DNA of 64,000 nucleotides, taken from contig JBEUKZ010000047.1 of the NCBI GenBank assembly GCA_048128005.1, positions 186,001-250,000 on the forward strand, in the 5' to 3' direction. Under the pieces are notes generated by a model. That model was not told the DNA's origin, did no database searches, and saw only the letters and a program-made list of their open reading frames with translations. Positions 58,840-64,000 of this stretch are shown here, piece by piece. The stretch comes from Veleropilina oligotropha (lineage: Eukaryota). The translations under genes were made by a program, and so were the position numbers. How positions within the stretch are numbered: the first letter of the stretch is position 1; each line of letters opens with the position of its first letter.

Positions 58840-61800
58840 AACAAGTGATGGGGTGCCATCACAGTGGGCCCCGCTCCACCAATATAACTCGATAAACATT
58901 CACATGTGAGCAATAATTGTTATATATGCAAAAATAGAAGGTAAATTTACATTGACCATTTGATGAAGCTTATGCTGTTGATACTCCAAAATCATTATGC
59001 ACTGGATATTTCCAACATAAAAGCTATACATGATGATATTGTGTCACAAACTGTTACCTCTCTCACCTTGATGTACCTGTAGTCAGAGACAGACAGAAAC
59101 TAAACATTAAATCATATGAAAAAATGAACTATTTAATACCAAATGGAAGCTTTAACCAAACACCTTAACCAAGATATTTTATGCAAAATTCCCTCCAATA
59201 TCCATTAAACATGTCAAATTCCTTTCAATAATACCACTACAGCATGTAGGAACATTCCCTTGTTCATTTATTAGCATACATATAGAGCTAAGTTTGTTAA
59301 CAGAAGCGTTAACCTGAACCTTAACCAAATATGCAACGGAGCAGAAGCTTTAACCTGGCACATTAACCAAGTCATTTTCTATTAAATATTCTGAAAAAAA
59401 CAAGCCATTGACAAAAAAGTGACTTTATCAGGCAAAGTATATGAAAATAGTGAATTATTAATACCAAATAGAACGTTTAACCAAAACCAAACAGCTTATC
59501 CAAGATTTGTTATGCTAAATTCTCTCCTATGTCGATTAAACATGTGAAATTTACAAACAGCATATTAACTAAGATTTTTGCAGCTAAATTATCTCCTATG
59601 CCAATTAAACATGTGAAAGTCCTTTCGCTAATCTCAATACAGCATGTAGGAACATTTCCTTGTTCATTTATTGCCATACATTTATATCAAATTATGTTAA
59701 CAAAAGGTTTTTAACCTGGATCTTAACCAAATATGCAACGGACGAAAAAGTGATCCCTACAGGGCTCCCTGACGGAGCTTTAATTATGTTTACAGAATGT
59801 TTAACCTTGGTTCCTGGACCTTAAGTAAATGTGTGACGGACGTATGGAAAAGATGATCACTATAGAGCTCGGACACTGACGGGGCCCTAATAACATTTAT
59901 GATTCCACACACATTGACCATTTTATGAAGCTTGTATTGGCCATGGGATACAGCATGCTCTTGATACTAGTATGATCAAGAACCCATTGGCTACTGCCAA
60001 CAGGGAAGCTATGATATTAAATATATATAGCCCCACAACCTGTCACCTTAAGTCTCACGGCTTACTGTACCTGTAGTAACAACTACAAGCCTAGAGCAAG
60101 TCTGACAGAGAGACAAATGACCGAAACAGATAGACATTGAAGATCAATAACGATTTTCTTTTCAATTAAATTTACAATTAAATTTAAAATTTAAAATTAA
60201 ATTTAAAAATAAATTTAAAATTTGAAATGTAAAATGTCAATGTATCCATTAGATAACATTTACAGCTACCATGCATTACAAACATTTAAGTCTGTTAGAA
60301 TATCAAACATGGCCATAAAACTTTCAAAAATGCTTAGAAACTAAAACTTGGAATCTTAACCACACTATTTTCTTTTAAATTTCCCGATATAATTTTAAAA
60401 AATGAATCCAATTGGTAACAATTACAATTACCTGTAATAAAACTGCTCCTTGAAATGATATTCAATCATTTAACATTGTAAAAGCTGCTAAAAAACTTTC
60501 AAAAATGATTCAATGAGAACCCTTAACCTGGTACCTTAACCAAACTATTTTCTTTTAAATTTACTGTTAAAAGTTAAAAAAAATAAATTCATTTGGTAAC
60601 AGTTGCAAATACCTTCAATAAAAGTGCTCCTTGAAATGATAACCAAGCATTTAACTTTGTTAAAAAATCAAACCGGACCATAAAACTTTCAAAAATGCTT
60701 CAAGTTGAACCTTTAACCTGTTACCTTAACCATGAAAATTTCTAATAAATTCGTTCGATATCAACACTCCAGTTTCTGGAATTATCCATAATAATAATAT
60801 TCAAAGAAGCCTGCGACAAAAAAGTGCCTTTATCAAGCAAACTATACGGAAAAAGTGAACCATTAATACCAAATAGAACATTTAACCAAACAGCTTAACC
60901 AAGATTTTTGAACCTAAATTCTCTCCTAATGTCAATTAAACATATGAAATGCCTTTCATTAATCTCAATACAGCATTTAGGAACATTCCCTTGTTCATTT
61001 ATTACCATACATTCATATCAAATTATGTTAACAGAAGGTTTAACCTGAACCTTAACCAAATGAGCATCGGACGGATGGACAGACGGACGGACGGACAAGG
61101 TGATCACTATAGGGCTCCCTAACGGGGCCCTAATAACTGCTAGAGACATGATGAAAATCAATCATGAAACTTCTTGATATATAAAAAAGATTTTTTTTTA
61201 AAATAATTTTTGTAATTTATTTTTGTAATTTATTATTATTTAAAAAAAATATGTATGCACTTTTTTCAGCTCATAAGGTTTGCACATGTGAAGTTTGACG
61301 TTGAACTGATGCTAGAGTGAAAAGATATATGGAAACAAAGCAAAATCTTAACACAGATTTAATGATTACTATGATGACAAAGTCATTGTACTATATAATA
61401 TATGTTATATACTAATATTCAGCATCCGAAGCATTCATTTAACATCAGTACCCATGAAACATCTATTGTTATGTTGATCTAGATCTTATACTTTTGAGAA
61501 ACAGAGCCAAACGCAAATCTTCAGAAATCAAACAAGTAGAAACTTTGACCTGGGACCTTAACCAGAAGATTGGGCAAATGAATCTTTAACCTGGGATCTT
61601 ATTAGAAGATTGGGCAAATGAAACTCTACTGTGATCTTAACCTTAAGATTGAGCATATGGCACATTAACCTGGGACATTCACTGACCATGGGATAGTTTA
61701 CTCTTGATCGGCATCATAGCATGATCAAAGAAGCTGTTGGATATTCCAAACAGGGAAGCTATATACAAGTATATAACCTCATAAACTATCACCTTAAGTC

Positions 61801-62228
61801 TCACTGCTTACTGTGCCTGTAGCATACACTACAAGCCTAGAGCAAGTCTGACAGAGAGACAAGTGATCGACTTTCACCAAAGTTGTTTATATTTAAAAAT
61901 AATAAAAATAATAATTAAACAAGTGGTCAACATTCAATAAAGTTGTTTATATTTAAAAATCATAATTAATCCCAATGGAACCTTAACCAAGGTAATTTGA
62001 ATCAAATTCCATTAAGTAAAGCCTATTAATAGTAGTTGAGTACCTACTCTTCTTTATTTATTTATTGTCTATTATTTATACTTTGCTACATCAACAGATT
62101 GGGCAGAGAAACTTTGACCTGGGACCTTAACCTTAAGATTGAGCAAATGAAAGAATGTGCAGGTCGGACGGACGGACGCACGGACGGACGGAAAAGGTGA
62201 TCACTAGAGGCCTCCCTGCGGGGCCTAA
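58840..62228. mobile_element. Helentron/HINE-like non-autonomous element (composite, several repeated ends)
   Basis: Begins AACAAGTGATGG..CCATCAC hairpin + GGGCCCCGC and ends (ACGG)n..GAGGCCTCCCTGCGGGGCCTAA. It splits a sequence that is contiguous in the tandem units (CATAGTATTAA|TAAACTCAGTG). Similar ends near 59880 and 61125. Confidence 0.65.
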
Positions 62229-63094
62229 TAAACTCAGTGTCACTATTAACCTGTCCATTGCAGAGTAGGCATCGAGTTCAGTCTGACCCCAAACGACGTA
62301 CACGGCCTCCCACCGAACCTGGCGTTCCTGTATGAGTTCACCAACAAAATGATGAAGAAGGATAAGAACACAGTGTGAGTTCTCTGATGTTTATGGCTAC
62401 ACAGTGTGAATTCTTGGATGTTATGTTTACAAATATATAATTATTTGGGTATTGATTGCATTGAACTTGTGATTGTATTCATTTAGGATCTTCCATTTTT
62501 TTCTCCATTTTGTTTGATTGGCGTCATCGACTGAGCAGTTACCACTCCAGGCATCCTACTTGTGCAAAAGAAAATCAAAATCAATTTAGCATAAACCACA
62601 ATTACAGTCAGCAGCAGGGGGGGGTGACCATACCTTTTATAATGGGAAAATAAGGCTCCCAGCACCTTTTCAGAATTAATATGGATCTCAACTCAGCAGC
62701 AGGGGGGGGGGGGTGAATGCACTTTTTAGAATGGGAAAATAAGGCTCCCAGCACTATTTCAGAACTGAGCTGGTATTACTGGGGGGAACTAGGGAGTTCA
62801 GACTAGGGGCGGCCGCCGTGGAGGCTCCCAGCACCTGTTCAGACCCCAGGGTATATCGTGTATTACAAAAAGTTACCGTGTGTACAGACAGCGCGTCCGA
62901 AAACCAGGTTACCCTATGAGCAACAATACCATCGATAGTCTATTCAAATACTACCTGGTTGCCTAGTTACGTCGCCCGAGTTGACCTTAGTAGAAGCGTG
63001 CCGTTGATGTAAATACAAGCTATTGTTGTTGAGTGAGTCACTCGACTGAAATGCATTGCCCAGTATCAAATGAAGGTTGACTTGATACTGGCCA

Positions 63095-63472
63095 CATTAT
63101 AATCAAGGGACAGTTAACTGGACTAAGATCCCGGATTTGGTCGGCTCTACAATATGTCTATAGTTTTTGAGGTTTCATTTTAATTAACGTGGTCTACGTT
63201 GAGAGTTGTCGTGATTTAATATTCACATCATAAGTGACGAGACACAACTTCTAAAGCCTGGCATGGACTATTAAGTTTTATCCATGTTAAGGCAGCATTA
63301 TAATCAGGGAAAGTTGACTGGACTAATGATCCAGGATTTAGTCGGCTCTACAATATGTCTATAGTTTTTGAGGTTTCATTTTAATTAACGTGGTCTACGT
63401 TGCGAGTTGTCGTGATTTAATATTCACATCATAAGTGACGAGACACAACTTCTAAAGCCTGGCATGGACTAT
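63095..63472 (+). repeat. Direct duplication, ~201-bp period x2
   Basis: CATTATAATCA...GGCATGGACTAT at 63095-63271 and 63296-63472. Confidence 0.9.
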
Positions 63473-63900
63473 GTGAGTGAGTGAGTGAGTATAGTTTATC
63501 GTCGCTGTGAGCACAACGGTGCCATAACGCGACGAGAATAATGTTAAATAAAAGACAAACAATAAAATGATTATAAAGCCATAAAAACAAAATGATGTAA
63601 AGTACTAAAACAATAATATGTACAGCAATAAAACATTAAGTAATAAGAACAATGTCATTGTTAAATAATGAAATACAATAGATGATGTACAGCAATAAAA
63701 CAAAATGATGCAAAGCAATAAAAATACTATCAGCATCAGTGAAATATGCAACTATGAATAAAATCAGTTATGATACGAATAAAACAAATCAATGAATGTA
63801 TATTGGTCAATGGTTTCTTAAAAAGGTTTATATAATGGTAAATGTACTCATAATTTATTAATTAAACCATTGTCTCTAATAAATGATAAAATGCATGGTC
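63473..63900 (-). mobile_element. 3' end of another LINE/SINE with (TCAC)n tail and T-rich 3' UTR
   Basis: (GTGA)n followed by TAGTTTATCGTCGC...GCCATAACGCGAC and an A-rich tract on the + strand; same layout as the tails at 6388, 15023 and 39075. Confidence 0.55.
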
Positions 63901-64000
63901 CCCCAGTATTATTAAAAAGGTCTTTAAGATTTGATGCTGTAAAATAAGAATCTCTTATGTGAGCGAACTCACCACAAACAAGCAAGAGGTGCTTGATTGT

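Overview
Eukaryotic, AT-rich, almost entirely transposon-derived DNA. The repeat types suggest a lophotrochozoan invertebrate such as a mollusc, with low confidence. No clear host protein-coding gene is present. Main content: (1) six nested I-clade (Nimb/Ingi-like) non-LTR retrotransposon copies or fragments (A, B, B2, C, D, E), all on the minus strand, with a zinc-knuckle ORF1, an APE-RT-RNaseH ORF2, (AAATC)n tails and two verifiable 12-bp TSDs; (2) two decayed copies of an endogenous Polinton/Maverick-like virus (rve integrase, major-capsid N-terminus, minor capsid/penton-like gene, membrane and secreted accessory ORFs) broken by those LINEs; (3) a 5 x ~2.03 kb tandem array built from the viral minor-capsid region; (4) a spliced Harbinger transposase remnant, a Penelope-like fragment, a tRNA-derived SINE, Helentron-like non-autonomous elements, a MITE inside (TA)n and a long foldback palindrome. 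Highlights: LINE C begins exactly at its TSD with a textbook 76-nt HDV-like ribozyme, while the related copies A, D and E carry a different structured 74-nt module in the same slot of an otherwise homologous 5' UTR. This module is a candidate undescribed functional RNA. All calls come from reading the sequence; no database searches were run.
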